Source of the DNA: a virus
Taxonomy: Duplodnaviria > Caudoviricetes
Reading direction: 5' to 3' (one strand)
Length of the DNA: 64,000 nucleotides
IMG/VR virus record: IMGVR_UViG_3300020369_000001
Coordinates: 8,840 to 72,839 of that record
The notes under the pieces are model-generated. The model did not search any database and was not told the DNA's origin. It was given only the letters and a program-made list of their open reading frames with translations. Shown here in pieces: positions 17,024-29,028 of the stretch. The translations under genes and the position numbers were made by a program. How positions within the stretch are numbered: the stretch's first letter is position 1; the number at the start of each line of letters is the position of its first letter.

Positions 17024-19066
17024 TTATTTTAGAACATCTACAAGTTTTTTCGCTTCAGCAATGTAGTAGTCGTAATCAATATCCCACCGAAAATCCTTCA
17101 CATTATTGCACGTCTTGATGTTCCATTCCTTGTCAATTCCTATATAACGTTCCTTCTCAGGGTCTTTCGGAAGTGGTGGCATGATCTTCACAAGCTTCTC
17201 ACCTTCCTTGCTGATGTAATACCTGCAAATGTTCTGCTGCAAAGTCTCTTCACCGTCTTCGTCAATCGTTACCAAGCGTGATGAACGAGGTACTTTGGTA
17301 CGCAACATGAAATCAAATTTGTCAGTGTGCTTCCGAATAAACTGTTCAACATCGCCACCTTTGATAAGCGCATGTTCAGCAGCTTTGGGGATCACCAATG
17401 AGGATTGATTCTGATGCCATCCTAGACCATCATACTCATAAGACCCTTTACGTTTCACTTTACCATCTTCACCAACTGCTAGGTAGTTGTTCACATCACG
17501 AATGCACATCTTTGTGTAGATCGCTTCTTCAAGCTCAAGTTTAGTAATTTCTTCCCAATGTTTCGCCTTACCATCAAGTTCATGCTTGCGATTTCTTGGC
17601 AAACGAACTGTTAAACCATCCGTGTTTATTTGCAACATTTCAAGACCCTCAATCTTGAACAAGTCTTCAGCAAGCATACAAAGTGAAAGCTGCCCGTTTA
17701 TTGTGATAGCCATTGTATAACGTGGATCGTAAAAAGGGCTAAACTTACTATTACTGTCCCCATACACACCATTTAAAGCAAGCTTCATCATCGCATTTTC
17801 AGGCGTTCCTTTCGCATACGACTTACGCTGCATGTATACATCCTGATAAATATCGCAAAAGTTCTCACTTAAATGTGCTGGGTAAACCCTGTTAGAAATT
17901 GCTAAGTTCGGATAGTAGCTCGCAACATCCAAGTCCACAATGACATTCTCATCATCGGAATTTATTACTTGAGATTCTACAGAACCGTGAATGCCCCCTG
18001 TACCAAAATCAAACTGGAACCCATCAACAACAGTGTTCAGGTTCTTAGCGACTCTCCACATGCCGTAATAACTGATCTTCTTACTCTTCAAAACCTTCTC
18101 TTCGACCCAACCTTTCGGATGTTCCTTGTAAAACTCGTCAAGGTCTTCTTGCGAAGGTTTGTCTTTAAACTTTTTCTTCTTTGTCAGCATTGTCGAATAC
18201 TTCGCAAGCTCTCCAAGATTCTCTTCAGGCAGATCACTAAAAACTCCCTTGGTTTCTGTGATGCGTTGCGTTTGAAGCCATTCGACGACAGATTGAAACT
18301 CCGGTCTTTCAAAATGAACGTAACTAAGGACAATATCTCCCAAATCAACGTATTCACGTTTTGTCTGATTTAACTTCCTAGCACCTCCTGGTAACTGACG
18401 ATAACAAGACCCCGGCATTTCCTGCTCAAGTTTCATTATGAAGTAATCTTTACCGATCTTTGTGTCATTGTGATTCATAAAGTCGCGGTCGTATTTTTGA
18501 CTCAGCTTTTCACGAAACTCAATAGCACCCAAAGACTTCTCGTAAAACAAATACGTTTGGTAAACATCGTGCTTATTATATTCAACAAGCGTTTCCATTT
18601 CATCGAAAGTAAGATTTCTCCCAGGTTCAAACGGTAAATCTTCAATATTGTCAGAACGCATGTTGAACTCCAGCATCTTCAACGATGTCGCACGCGCCTT
18701 GTTATTGAAATGGTGAATTAAATACAAATCTAATTGCTGAATAAACCTCTTATTGGGTGAAATCAAGTGGTTGAACTTCTCGTCATCATCGGCAGTAATA
18801 ATCTGCATTGCCTTTTCATACAAACATTCCGATGTTACATTTTTATTAGTGAGGAAATAATGCAGAATAGGGTAGTCAAATCCTACATTATTGAATCCTA
18901 CCATACGATCTTTATTTTGATACAGTTTCTTTAGAAACTGACGTAAGTGTTTTTCGTCATTACGTCGATCACTAATTTCAAAGACCCATGATTCTTGACC
19001 ATCAACACTTCCTACCGCTGCTGTGAAGCAGTTTGGATAAGTCTCAAGGTCGTAGATGTAGTCCAT
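17024..19066 (-). CDS. DNA polymerase, family B-like, with 3'-5' exonuclease domain
   Basis: YDLETY, GFNNVGFDYP (exo); DLDVASYYPN, KLALNGVYG, QINTDG (pol motifs A/B/C). Confidence 0.9.
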   Translation of the reverse strand: MDYIYDLETYPNCFTAAVGSVDGQESWVFEISDRRNDEKHLRQFLKKLYQNKDRMVGFNNVGFDYPILHYFLTNKNVTSECLYEKAMQIITADDDEKFNHLISPNKRFIQQLDLYLIHHFNNKARATSLKMLEFNMRSDNIEDLPFEPGRNLTFDEMETLVEYNKHDVYQTYLFYEKSLGAIEFREKLSQKYDRDFMNHNDTKIGKDYFIMKLEQEMPGSCYRQLPGGARKLNQTKREYVDLGDIVLSYVHFERPEFQSVVEWLQTQRITETKGVFSDLPEENLGELAKYSTMLTKKKKFKDKPSQEDLDEFYKEHPKGWVEEKVLKSKKISYYGMWRVAKNLNTVVDGFQFDFGTGGIHGSVESQVINSDDENVIVDLDVASYYPNLAISNRVYPAHLSENFCDIYQDVYMQRKSYAKGTPENAMMKLALNGVYGDSNSKFSPFYDPRYTMAITINGQLSLCMLAEDLFKIEGLEMLQINTDGLTVRLPRNRKHELDGKAKHWEEITKLELEEAIYTKMCIRDVNNYLAVGEDGKVKRKGSYEYDGLGWHQNQSSLVIPKAAEHALIKGGDVEQFIRKHTDKFDFMLRTKVPRSSRLVTIDEDGEETLQQNICRYYISKEGEKLVKIMPPLPKDPEKERYIGIDKEWNIKTCNNVKDFRWDIDYDYYIAEAKKLVDVLK

Positions 19067-19074
19067 TGTTACTC

Positions 19075-20844
19075 CTAATATTCTTCTGAAGGTTTATCAA
19101 AACCCCATCCACCAGAAGAAGCCTGTTCAAAATCATCATTCTCGAACTCAGCTAGTTCTGCTTCTTCGTAAGGATCGGAACATGCTTCAATCTTAGCACT
19201 TGATGGATTGTATCGCAACCACCCTGCACTAGATGTCAAACCAGTGCGCCGACACTTGACCAGTGTGAGTTTTGTTGAATTGCGAATCTTTTCATTTTTA
19301 TTCACCTTGTCACGACTCATCAGAATAGTATTAAAAGCAATCTGGTTAATCGCTGAAGACCCTTTCAAGCTGTACTCAGAAACAGCATGAGGCTTATCGT
19401 CGTCTGGTTTCTTCATGTGACTCACCACGACAATGCTCGCCATAGTTTCTTTAGCAAGTTTCAACAGTGAATCCATGAAACTATCAATCACATTGTTTTC
19501 GTTACTTGGTACAGCAGCTTGCAAAGGATCGACAACGACCAATTCACAACCCATACCCTTCACCAACCAACGAATCTTCTCAAACATTTGCTCAACAGAT
19601 GTAAAGGAGCCGTTGTGATTCACTGTCACAATCTTATCGTCACGACCAATCATGTCCTGAAACTGTACTTTCAATTTCTCCATATCCATTTCGGAATACT
19701 TTTGTAGTGCTAGGTTTTGTTCAGTGTGAATACTCAAAAAACTGCGTACAATTTCTCTTGGACTGCTCTCAAGATACATTAAACCGACGCGCTTCGGCGT
19801 ATGGGTAGCTACGTGATAGACCATGTTATTAAGCACTGTTGATTTACCAACACTGGTTAAAGCACCAATGACTGTTACTTCACCAGCAGCAGGCCCACCG
19901 CCCATCAAGTCAGCTAGTTCAGAAAATTGTGGAGGCAGTGGAATAATGTCATCCTCAACCGAGTGTTCAAATTCTTCCCAAAGCTGTCCTAATGTACAAA
20001 CGTCAACTGGACTGAATCGTTCAGCTTTAAAGAACGCAGTACGAAGTTCACTTACACGATTCTGAACAAGCATGTCATTAGGGTCTTTTAAAGGCAACTT
20101 GGCAATATGCGCTTTACCAGGGTTGAGTAAGCGTGCAGCTTCATTAACGTATTTCTGAGCAGCTTCGTCCATATCGAACATAAGCACGACTTTATCAAAC
20201 GAATTGATAAACTCAAAATTGTTTTTTAACTGCTTAATGATTGATCCATCACCAGCAGTAACGCTGACAACAGGTGTCCAATACTCATTGCCGTCCCGAA
20301 TAGTGTTAAGAACTTGAGCAAGCGCTAGACAATCACATTCACCAGTTGTTATCGCAAGATACTTACCTCCGGCTTCCCAAACAGATTGACCAAACAGATC
20401 ATTGTTGGCTTTAGTATTACCAACAGGCTTTGAGAAGTCTTTAGGTAAAATGCGCTGCTTGAACCCTACAACCTCTCCCTTTTTAGTCATTGGGTAATAT
20501 TGTGAGTATAAATCACCATTTTCATCAAAGCGACTGCGTACACCGAACTTTTCACAAGTTTTCTTTGTCAGTTTACGCTCTTTCCACCCACGACATTCCA
20601 AAGACATAATTTCATCAAGGTCTTCTTGTGAAATCTTTGAAGGCTTGTTGTCAGTTTTGTACGATTCTAATTCTTCCACCACGAAGTTCTCCTCAATTTT
20701 TTCAGATGAAATATAGCCACAATTTGAAAAGCAAAATCCTGTATACTTACCATCAGATTGCTTGTATACCGCTAAAGGATCATGTCCCCCACAACTAAAG
20801 CAGGGGAAGTGACCAAGGAAACTACCGCTTTCTCCAGTGTTCAT
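19075..20844 (-). CDS. Primase-helicase (T7 gp4/Twinkle-like)
   Basis: Zn-binding CFSC...CFSNC; TOPRIM TTGECD, FDMDEAA, KDPND; Walker A variant GALTSVGKST; VVDPL; SHMKK. Confidence 0.92.
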   Translation of the reverse strand: MNTGESGSFLGHFPCFSCGGHDPLAVYKQSDGKYTGFCFSNCGYISSEKIEENFVVEELESYKTDNKPSKISQEDLDEIMSLECRGWKERKLTKKTCEKFGVRSRFDENGDLYSQYYPMTKKGEVVGFKQRILPKDFSKPVGNTKANNDLFGQSVWEAGGKYLAITTGECDCLALAQVLNTIRDGNEYWTPVVSVTAGDGSIIKQLKNNFEFINSFDKVVLMFDMDEAAQKYVNEAARLLNPGKAHIAKLPLKDPNDMLVQNRVSELRTAFFKAERFSPVDVCTLGQLWEEFEHSVEDDIIPLPPQFSELADLMGGGPAAGEVTVIGALTSVGKSTVLNNMVYHVATHTPKRVGLMYLESSPREIVRSFLSIHTEQNLALQKYSEMDMEKLKVQFQDMIGRDDKIVTVNHNGSFTSVEQMFEKIRWLVKGMGCELVVVDPLQAAVPSNENNVIDSFMDSLLKLAKETMASIVVVSHMKKPDDDKPHAVSEYSLKGSSAINQIAFNTILMSRDKVNKNEKIRNSTKLTLVKCRRTGLTSSAGWLRYNPSSAKIEACSDPYEEAELAEFENDDFEQASSGGWGFDKPSEEY

Positions 20845-21622
20845 ATTTAGATGCTATCCTTTTTTCAGTAAAGTTAATAAGAGCGTCATACGCGACATCT
20901 GTAATCTGACTTCGGAAATTGTGGGCCAAGTTTTCAAGTTGCCTTTGTTTCATCTCTAAATATTTTTCAAAAGCATCTTCTATTTTTTCATGGCGACCTC
21001 CCCACTCTGAATTTTGCCGCGTGCCACATGAGGCAGAATATTTACCAGTCTGTTTACAATAATGTACCCCAGTTGGGAGATTATCATGTTCTCTCATTTT
21101 TCTCTGGTTATGAGTCATTGCAATGGCAATATTGACTTCATTCGGTATAAAACAACATGTCGCTTCAGAATAGAGTTGAGAGTTACCTATTAAATCTTTA
21201 TCCAGGAAAAAACCTTCTACATAATTTTGGTCAAACCATTCTGCAAAATTCTGAAAATTGTGCCAACTGGTATCAACACTAACATGTCTATATCCTGGGT
21301 CAGTTTCCCAAACAGACTCACAATAACATCTTTTAAGCATGTTTGCCCATGTATTGTGAACTTTTGTGGACTTTTTACAATCGTGTTGACCCACACCACG
21401 ATAACCAACTCCATATAGCGTTCTATCGAATGGCGTTGTTGACCACTTATATTTCAGATTGCAATTCATAGTCCAATAGGGTACATCTTCTGCAATTACT
21501 TCATTGGTAATCGGTTTTACAAGTATATTTTTATAATCTACATATTTTAAAACCTCTACAAAACCATTTTTTAATTCAAGAAAATCCCCCTCTTTAATTT
21601 TTGATGGTCTACCCATAATCAA
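20822..21622 (-). CDS. Free-standing HNH-family homing endonuclease
   Basis: WANMLKRCY...WHNFQNFAEW...LDKDL...YSEATCCFIP..N. Confidence 0.75.
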   Translation of the reverse strand: MIMGRPSKIKEGDFLELKNGFVEVLKYVDYKNILVKPITNEVIAEDVPYWTMNCNLKYKWSTTPFDRTLYGVGYRGVGQHDCKKSTKVHNTWANMLKRCYCESVWETDPGYRHVSVDTSWHNFQNFAEWFDQNYVEGFFLDKDLIGNSQLYSEATCCFIPNEVNIAIAMTHNQRKMREHDNLPTGVHYCKQTGKYSASCGTRQNSEWGGRHEKIEDAFEKYLEMKQRQLENLAHNFRSQITDVAYDALINFTEKRIASKYEHWRKR

Positions 21623-22359
21623 ACCCCCTCAGCACGGTCTTTTTCCATTGCCTTAACAACAGCCTTACAAACCCCACCCCTCTCAATGTCATCACTACTC
21701 GCTTCAGTATACCCGACAATATGTTGAAGATTGTGGCGCTTTACAAAGTCTAATAACCAAGTAATCCCATCAAGACCCTTTTGATCTTTCTGCGTAGGGT
21801 CACCAAGGATAATCAATTTACCACCATCCGCAAGACGTGTCAATATCGTGTACATCTCTTCAGGTGTTGTCAACTGTGCCTCATCAAGAACTGTGATGTA
21901 ATTGAAATTACGCCCTCGGATATATTCAAGAGGTTGTAGTTCAATAGTTCCATTGTGAATGCTTGATTCGTAAAACCCTGCTCCATAGCGCTGCTTGATA
22001 ACGTCAATCATCGGCATCATCAGCGGCTCACATTTTTCAATAGCGCTTCCCTTTAAAAGCCCGATAGAATTACCCATTAAGATGTTTGGGCGAGCGATAA
22101 CAAGCTTATCATAAATACCCTTTTTCAACCAATCGGTAACTTCTGACATTGTTAAGAAGGTCTTACCAACGCCTGCAACAGCATTAAAAATCACAACATC
22201 TTTGGTGTTCAAATGCTTTAGAAATTGCTTCTGGTTCTCATTACGTGCTTGAACAGGTGGCTTGATATATTGCTCTTTAACCTGTTTACCCTTTTCCATT
22301 TTATTCTCCCAACGCTGCTGAACGACTTTTTGCTTATTACGTTTTGGCATTGTCATCAT
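21619..22359 (-). CDS. phoH: PhoH-family ATPase
   Basis: AVAGVGKT, YIRGRNF, LDEAQ, GDPTQKD. Confidence 0.92.
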   Translation of the reverse strand: MMTMPKRNKQKVVQQRWENKMEKGKQVKEQYIKPPVQARNENQKQFLKHLNTKDVVIFNAVAGVGKTFLTMSEVTDWLKKGIYDKLVIARPNILMGNSIGLLKGSAIEKCEPLMMPMIDVIKQRYGAGFYESSIHNGTIELQPLEYIRGRNFNYITVLDEAQLTTPEEMYTILTRLADGGKLIILGDPTQKDQKGLDGITWLLDFVKRHNLQHIVGYTEASSDDIERGGVCKAVVKAMEKDRAEGV

Positions 22360-22379
22360 CCTTCTTCTGGTTACTATCT

Positions 22380-24163
22380 CTAAGCCTTCTCGGCCTCTTT
22401 AACAGCCTTGATCATTTTGTCCTGAATAACCAACGGAAGATCCATCCTTTCATGGTGTTCAAAGGCACGAACAAGTGCTTCATAAAGCTTCTGATTAACA
22501 GCCTTAACTTTCAAGTAATCTTCCTCCTTTACCCAGAAAACATTATCACCATTCTCTCGAAGGTCATCACGAACCCGTATACTATCATAGATCATAACCA
22601 TTTTAAATCTCCTTCTCAGCCTTCACAATCATATCAACATACTTCTGAACTTCGCCAGCACGTCCTTGATACCCATGTGAAGCCATAATCTCACGCCATT
22701 CAATAAGTGTTGATTTGGTCATCCCAAGTGTCTTCAAAATCACTGGCTGAACATCTTCAACACCTAATTCAACAGTTAATTTGTCAATACATTTTGCCAT
22801 TTTAGATATTCCTCAATGATAACACATGAATGCATAAGTCTTAATCTCAACATCATTATCAACAACGTAATCTTTAAATGCCTTTGGTAATGATCTGAAT
22901 ATCTCTGAGTTTGTTAATTTTCCTTTTAAGTCTTCCAGAGACATTACGGGTATGTCAATTGGTTCATAGCGCCCATCATTGCTTTCATAAAGTACCTCAC
23001 CATAAACACCTTCTATGGAGGTCATTGGTGAAATAACTGTGAAGTTATCATCATCCATAAGAACATCATGCTCCTCCTCAGAAACACTGTTAAATACTTC
23101 TTCAGGGATTTTATATCCTTTTACGATGTAAAAATTAATATTAACACCCATATTCAAACCTCCTCAGTTTTCTTCAAACCCTCAACAGCATTATCCCAAG
23201 ACATATCAATCACCTTCTCATCAATCCTTTTACAAACCTCCTCAAAACCATCTAACCATTCCTGCATACGGTTCTGACGATAATGATCAACAAGCTGTAC
23301 AACCTCCCATGCGATACCTTCTTCATCAAACCATGTAAGAAAGTCCTCTTCAACTGATGCGTATACATCGTTCATGTAAAAGTGTTCGATCATTTCCTTT
23401 TGAATTTCTTCAGCAGCCTCTAACATCTTATCTTCTTTATCAAGCTGGTCAAGATGCTTTGCAAGGTCAATGTCTACAGGGTCATTCATGTTCATTGCGG
23501 AATCTCCATAACCTCAAAAGGATTTCAAAGTCTCATCAGTCTCATTGGTATTCGCCAACCACCACCTTAACACGCTTCGGCATACTTTCGTTAATAATTT
23601 CTAACAACTTCTTACGTTCTTGCCGACGCTTGTTCTGTTTATTATCGTGAAGTTCAATCGCGTGTTCAATCTCTGACAATTGTTTTAAATGCTTTTGCAG
23701 CATTGCTCCTTGTGTGTATTGTGGATCAGCTTTCTTATAGACTTTTACAGTTTCTTTTAAAGGTTTTTGTGTAGTATCTTCACCAACAATCTCGAAGTAT
23801 TTGTCTTTCCAAGAATTTAAAAAGTAGTAGGGTTCTATGCCATATCCATCTTCCACACCAGATTCTGTTAAAAGTCCATCAGAGTCTACATGAACTTCAA
23901 CAATATCTCCGTTTTTATACCGACCATCTACAGCCATCTTGCCTGCGTTCAAAATGCGAATCTTCATCTTATTTCTCCTATACCCAAGTTTGTAAGCCTT
24001 CAGACCACTTCCCAACTACTCTACAAACATACACCTCAATACCATCTTCGTCAAGCTCATCCGGAAATTCTAGTGTGCAATAATCATCAGATTTCCAATC
24101 GTGTTGGTGAAGTTCATCTTCATAACACCATGTTGTGTCTGCCCAAACGTATACTGTTTGCAT
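22380..24163 (-). other. Run of about six small hypothetical CDS
   Basis: Abutting or overlapping ORFs 22380-22601, 22603-22800, 22813-23157, 23154-23495, 23542-~23967, 23978-24163. Confidence 0.6.
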
Positions 24164-24220
24164 TTGTACACCTTTTTCATAAGTAATTGATTTATATAGA
24201 AGCTGAAAACGACGCAGTAT

Positions 24221-24616
24221 CTATAGGGATTTATCCATATCTTTCAAACGTTCCGCAATACGTTGACGGTTGATCTTCAAGGCGCCCTCAGTAGGTTCAT
24301 AATCGCCCATCCAGTGTTTCTTGTCAATACCTTGAAGTAAATCTTCGTCAGAAATTGGATTAGGTTTATAACCTCGACTAGTCATCTCCTGTGTAAGTTC
24401 GTGGTAGCGCTTGAGAATATACCCAAGACGTGTGTAGTAGAATTTTACATGCCCCGTACCCATTGTGTATTCAGAGGGTGCTTTCAAATTCCACTTGTTC
24501 ACACCACGTTGTTGAGCCTTACGAACCAATCCAAAAACCCTAGTGATCTCTTTATTTTCACCGAGTAGGTGCATATTTGTAAGTTCTGACACTGGAACTA
24601 CATTGATCCTGGTCAT
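24221..24616 (-). CDS. denV: Pyrimidine-dimer DNA glycosylase (T4 endonuclease V)
   Basis: MTRINVVPVSELTNMHLLGENKEITRVF...YTMGTGHVKFYY...RIAERL. Confidence 0.9.
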   Translation of the reverse strand: MTRINVVPVSELTNMHLLGENKEITRVFGLVRKAQQRGVNKWNLKAPSEYTMGTGHVKFYYTRLGYILKRYHELTQEMTSRGYKPNPISDEDLLQGIDKKHWMGDYEPTEGALKINRQRIAERLKDMDKSL

Positions 24617-24677
24617 TGTCTCTGATACCCTGTATAATCTTGTGAATTACATGGCGTATGCCAATCGCTTCACAACC

Positions 24678-24771
24678 ACTATACACCTCCCTACACGATC
24701 TTGTCAACAGAATTACACGATAAAATAATTTCATCCGGTGTATTGACTTGAGGAACCTATTACGTTACCCT
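24678..24771. promoter_or_regulatory. Divergent sigma70-like promoters
   Basis: Minus strand TTGACA-18-TATAGT (24707 to 24678); plus strand TTGACT-17-TACCCT (24743-24771). Confidence 0.55.
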
Positions 24772-24780
24772 TTTAAAAGA

Positions 24781-24880
24781 ACTTAATAAGTATATTAATA
24801 AGGTCTTTATAGAGTACTTATAAATATCTTATTGGTGTTATATTAAGTAATATATTTACTTATTAATTTCTTTATAAAGA
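24781..24880 (+). repeat. AT-rich element, copy 1 (copy 2 at 44543-44656)
   Basis: Identical 28-mer TTATTGGTGTTATATTAAGTAATATATT (24829-24856 and 44605-44632); shared ACTTAATAAG, TCTTTATAGAG, TATAAATA and palindromic CTTTATAAAG. Confidence 0.85.
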
Positions 24881-24959
24881 CTTCACAAGGTACTTGACAG
24901 CATCCTTCACATGGCGTACCTTTGGAAGTGTCGAAAGCAAATTTACAGGAGATTTGAAA

Positions 24960-25205
24960 ATGAACACCAATGCACAAGAAGCTCTGAAAGAATATCGTGA
25001 AAAGATTCGTACAGGCGAGATTGAGAAGCCACCTCAGAAAACTCCGCTGGATAGACACCTTGAAGACAAGACTTCCAAAGCTAAGGCTATTGTAGCATTC
25101 TGTTTTCAGTGTATATACGACCCTGCTGAAAAGGGTTCTTGGAAGACGCAAGTCCGTAATTGCCCATGTACAGACTGTCCACTTTGGAATGTACGGCCAA
25201 AATAG
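24960..25205 (+). CDS. Small Cys4 zinc-binding protein
   Basis: AIVAFCFQC...VRNCPCTDCPLWNVRP; AGGAG SD. Confidence 0.6.
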   Translation: MNTNAQEALKEYREKIRTGEIEKPPQKTPLDRHLEDKTSKAKAIVAFCFQCIYDPAEKGSWKTQVRNCPCTDCPLWNVRPK

Positions 25206-25284
25206 ACCCTGAACATACCCCTTCTTGCCAAATAACCTTACAGGAACGTGTATAAAACAGAGGTAATAGGGTTTAGGAGGGGCA

Positions 25285-28200
25285 ATGTACAGGGTAGGGT
25301 GTACAAGGGTCGTTTTATATGCAAATTTTAAAGGTTTTGAAGATATGCGTGAAAGCACATGGTACGAAGCATTTTATCCAAGAAGTCCTCTACAGAACTT
25401 CGACATTATCAATCCAGACTCAAATGAGATATTCATGTCCTACAAAGAATTTAAAATTACTGTTGACGTGCCGATTGAACGTGTGTATATTTACACAACA
25501 CTTACTGAGGAAGGAGAATCGAAATGATCGTATCAGATAAAACTTACACAGACTTGTCAAACCTTACAGAAGAGCAGCGTGAATTTGTTGTTGGTGTTTA
25601 TCAACAATGGCTTGATGAGAGTGGTCTTAAACAAGGGCTCATTTATAATGATGATTTAGTGGTTGTAGGGTCGATGATCTATTTACACATCTATAAAGAA
25701 CTCGATGGGGGCTACAGACTATTCGTTGATGATTACGATGGTCTTTCAAACAAACAAGAAGTAACTCACAAAGAAATGGTACAAGATGCTTCCGGTACAC
25801 ACATCGACAGCCGTATTGAATACTGGTACAAGGTCTGTGACCTAATCAATAAGCATACAGAGGATTTAGAATTGCTTGATAAAGTTTCTAAAGCACCTGA
25901 AGACTCTTGTATTGGTGATGCTGCTTTAGAAATTCTTGAAGAAGGTTTGAAGCTTCGTCAGAATAAGCGCAAGCAGGAAATTGAAGATGCTGAATATGCA
26001 GCAAAGAAGGCTGAAGAAGAACTTGTTAAGGGTATTTTAGAGCGTTGGAAATGGGAGTTTGACGAATTAGGTTTCAGTATTTGGTTCAATGAGACAACAA
26101 AGGTTTTTGAGATCACCAGTGATATAGGCGACGTTCCGAAGTACAAAACCACTAATGAAACAGGTATCGAGCGTATCTATATTGCATTAGACAACTTAGA
26201 CGATTATATGTAAAAAACCATACAAACAAGCCCTTGCTAAAGCGACCCCGTAGGTTGGTATGGGTAAGGGCTTTCTAACCTGATTTATACTGCGTGAGCA
26301 TAAGAAAACTCACCTTATAATTGATGTCTGATACCTTTGGAGGTAATGTGTTTAAGTGGCTGAGTAAGATTTGCGAAAGTAACATTAATAGAGCTTCTAA
26401 AGATAATATGAAAACTATTTTAGATTTTGAGGATAAGGCCAAGAAAGATATTAGTGAGCCTGTTTATAAAATAGCTTCGACATTTTCTGAAGAAGGTCGT
26501 TGGAAAGAAGACGAGCACCGCCTAAATATAGAGGATTCTTTAACGGGCTTTCGTTTACCACTAGGCATTGATGATCCCCGACGAATTCTTAAAGAAAGAT
26601 GGATGACTTGGGATGAACAAGTATTTTTAACACGTTCTTACCGAGCAGCGCTTTTTGATGAGAATAAAAGAAAAGCTTCAAAAGAACGTCAAAGAATTCA
26701 CGATTTATATTTTGGAGACCAACATGCAGAAGTTTGACGATACACATTCATATCTTGCTGTCTACGCACCTAACGGAGAGATTGTTGAATACATTGTGAA
26801 CACACAGGAAATCAACAAGGCTTATCAAGAAACCTTCAGAGATATTCAGGAAGCAATCTTGCAAATGCATGACCCTGAAGACCACCCTTTTGAAATGGTA
26901 CTTAGTGATTCACAAACAGGCAATCTTGCTGTAAGGTTAGCAGGGACAATGATCGGTGATTTAGAATTGGTTGAAATGGACTACGCGGCTATTCTCCATA
27001 AACATCCTTCTTTATTCGAACCTGAAGATTTTGAAGATTAATTATTAAGGAGTGTTATAAAATGAAACTTGAAAACCTTTTAGAAGTGATTTTACAGTCT
27101 GGCGCAAACGTTCTTAATAAAGAGATTGTAGGTGAGCTTGATACTGACTATAACCTCAATAGAACAATCCACTTCCAAGCAGGTGGGCAAAATTATAAAA
27201 TCATATGGTTCCATAACATGTCAACGCTTTATGTTGATGAGAATACACAAGTAATGTTTAACAGCGTTGTTTGTCGAAATACTTGGCCTGTAGAAGCTTC
27301 TACAAAATCTAAAAACCAATTGCAGTTTATTTGCAATAATGATAAAGTATGCATCCTTATTACTGAGAGGTATTAAATATGGATATTTATGTGGAAATAA
27401 AATTCAAAGATGGTTTACATGTACGAGAAGTGTGCCAACAATTTTCTAAGAATGCACACGCTTTGATGCTAAAGGATGGTTTCGAAACCAGTGTATTTGA
27501 ATTAAAAGATATTGAGAAAGTAAACATTGAAACTTTTAAAGGACTTTAATTTATGACAATCCAAATCCCACAACATGCTTCAGCAAATGATCGTAAACGT
27601 ACTGACAAATACCTTGAGCCAGAGAACCTTGAACTGATTGTTGACGAATGTATTACCCAAGAGAATTCTCTCAATCGCTTCAAAGTAACCGTTACTGATA
27701 AAGAGCTTGCTCAAGAGCGATGGTTGACAAATAACTCATTATCGTTCGGTGATGCTTTAGAACTATTGCTAATGAAGAAAGTGTCAAGGTATAAAGGGAT
27801 GGTCGCTTGGGATACCACTAAGAAGTCTACGGGTATTGCCTTTATGAATGCTTATTATGAGGTTGACAAAGGTATTTCACATTACTATTATAGGGTTGGT
27901 GCTGATGCAGAATTAACTGATGATGAGGAAGGTGTTTTGAATTGTCCTTCGGAGGTGCTTGTATGAAAACTTTGAAAGAAGAATATGAACGTGAAAAGAA
28001 TTTACGCTTACAAGATGCAGAGTGTATTAGAACAGCGACGGGATATACAAACTCGTACTTAAAATGGGGTAACGTTTGTGATTCATCAGACAGGAATACT
28101 AATAGAATTAATTTTGTATTGCAGGCCGAAGAAAAATTCCTAAAAGACCATACTAAAGATATTTTAGAATTAGCTGCTCAGATGTGTCACGATAGTATTG

Positions 28201-28503
28201 GAGAGTAAAATGACATACATCGTAAACAAACAGCTTTACCAAGCGATTGAACAAGACCTCGAAACATGGTACAAAAGCTATTCATGCCCCTGGTCACGTA
28301 TCTATAAAGACGGTAAACTAGCAGGCTATGAAGGTGTTATGGAAAACCTCGACCTGATTGTTGAAAAGATTTCTGATAAAATCTTAATGGTGTCATTGCA
28401 AGGGAAGATTGATAAGGGTTACAATCCTTTCAAGATGTATTACACATGCGATGCTGAGAAGAATGGGTATTGGTTTGCATTAGAGGAGAAGGTTGATGAG
28501 TAG
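25285..28503 (+). other. Run of hypothetical CDS
   Basis: 25285-25527, 25524-26213, 26321-26737, 26724-27041, 27062-27376, 27553-27966, ~27963-28208, ~28210-28503. Confidence 0.6.
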
Positions 28504-28593
28504 GTATTCAAAAGAGCAGCTTCAACAAATGGCTGCACAGGCTTTAGAGTATAAGATACAGGTTCTTGCACAGGATAAAAAGGGGTTTAACAA

Positions 28594-29028
28594 ATGACTT
28601 TAGCAGCAATCTTAACAGCGTCATTTCTCGCACAAGAATTGCAATGTGCTTCGCAGATTTCATTTTATGAAGCGCGTGGTGAAGAAACATACGCTGCAAA
28701 AGTTGCACCAGTGATTGTCGCAAGGAACCGTGTATTATCTGAGGACTTTCCAGATAGCTTCTGCGAAGTAATGTTGCAAGATCGTCAGTTTGCTTTTGTA
28801 ACGAATGGATTGCATTTGCAAGATATAAGTGATAGTGTTATTGCACAAGAAGCCTGGGAAGTTGCTCAACAAGCTGCCCAAGATGTGTTAGAAATGCCTG
28901 TACATAACTTCCAAAGACCTATGAGGAATGCTTTGTACTTTCATTCAGGAGAAACACCAGCTTGGGATTTAAATAAGATCGAAAAGGTTGTTAAGATTGG
29001 TGGGCATTCTTTCTACAGTGATAAATGA
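28594..29028 (+). CDS. Cell wall hydrolase, SleB/Hydrolase_2 family
   Basis: CASQISFYEARGE...VARNRV...FPDSFCEV...QFAF...ALYFH...KIGGHSFY. Confidence 0.9.
   Translation: MTLAAILTASFLAQELQCASQISFYEARGEETYAAKVAPVIVARNRVLSEDFPDSFCEVMLQDRQFAFVTNGLHLQDISDSVIAQEAWEVAQQAAQDVLEMPVHNFQRPMRNALYFHSGETPAWDLNKIEKVVKIGGHSFYSDK

Noticed and set aside
24843-25358. 171-aa minus-strand ORF
   Set aside because: Antisense to the zinc-binding gene and runs into the AT-rich element; composition is not protein-like.
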